A stretch of DNA of 54,046 nucleotides, taken from the IMG/VR virus record IMGVR_UViG_3300048597_000384, positions 1 through 54,046 of that record; one strand, written 5' to 3'. The notes beneath the pieces are model-generated. The model did not search any database. It was not told where the DNA came from and worked only from the letters and a program-made list of their open reading frames with translations. The stretch is from a virus. Lineage: Duplodnaviria; Caudoviricetes. The position numbers were made by a program, and so were the translations under genes. How positions within the stretch are numbered: the stretch's first letter is position 1; each line of letters starts with the position of its first letter. Positions 54,046-54,046 of this stretch are shown in pieces.

Positions 54046-54046
54046 G

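Noticed and set aside
48699-54046. Treating the right-hand phage genes as part of the lambda-like prophage
   Set aside because: They lie outside the att repeat, on the opposite strand, and encode a second, podovirus-type terminase/capsid/tail set.

Overview
High-GC, alphaproteobacterial-looking DNA (taxonomy inferred, not shown) with three parts. (1) A complete tRNA-Ser(TGA) at 640-727 on the minus strand. (2) An apparently intact lambda-like (GpA terminase/cos) siphovirus prophage of about 47.7 kb between two 43-bp direct repeats (685-727 and 48385-48427). The duplicated segment is the 5' half of the tRNA rather than the usual 3' end, and the phage side carries its own promoter-like sequence for the rebuilt tRNA. 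The prophage has integrase/Xis, a leftward early operon containing a tRNA-like structured RNA candidate, a cI/cro switch with five CTCA-N6-TGAG-type operators, an early-located GH108 endolysin/spanin block, a DnaN-like clamp, a VapE-type helicase with an iteron-rich origin, a late promoter/hairpin, a lambda-like cos site, and head and tail modules. After these comes an elaborate receptor-binding region: Ig-like domains, a GH26-like domain apparently lacking its catalytic glutamates, three paralogous copies of an uncharacterised ~400-aa domain, and a beta-helix spike. Morons include a secreted metzincin. (3) Outside the prophage, a compact minus-strand T7/podovirus-like virion cluster (capsid C-terminus, tail tubular A/B, terminase) runs off the window edge. 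It shows no integrase or replication genes in view and is a candidate domesticated phage or gene-transfer-agent-like system. All protein calls come from motif recognition by eye; no database searches were run.
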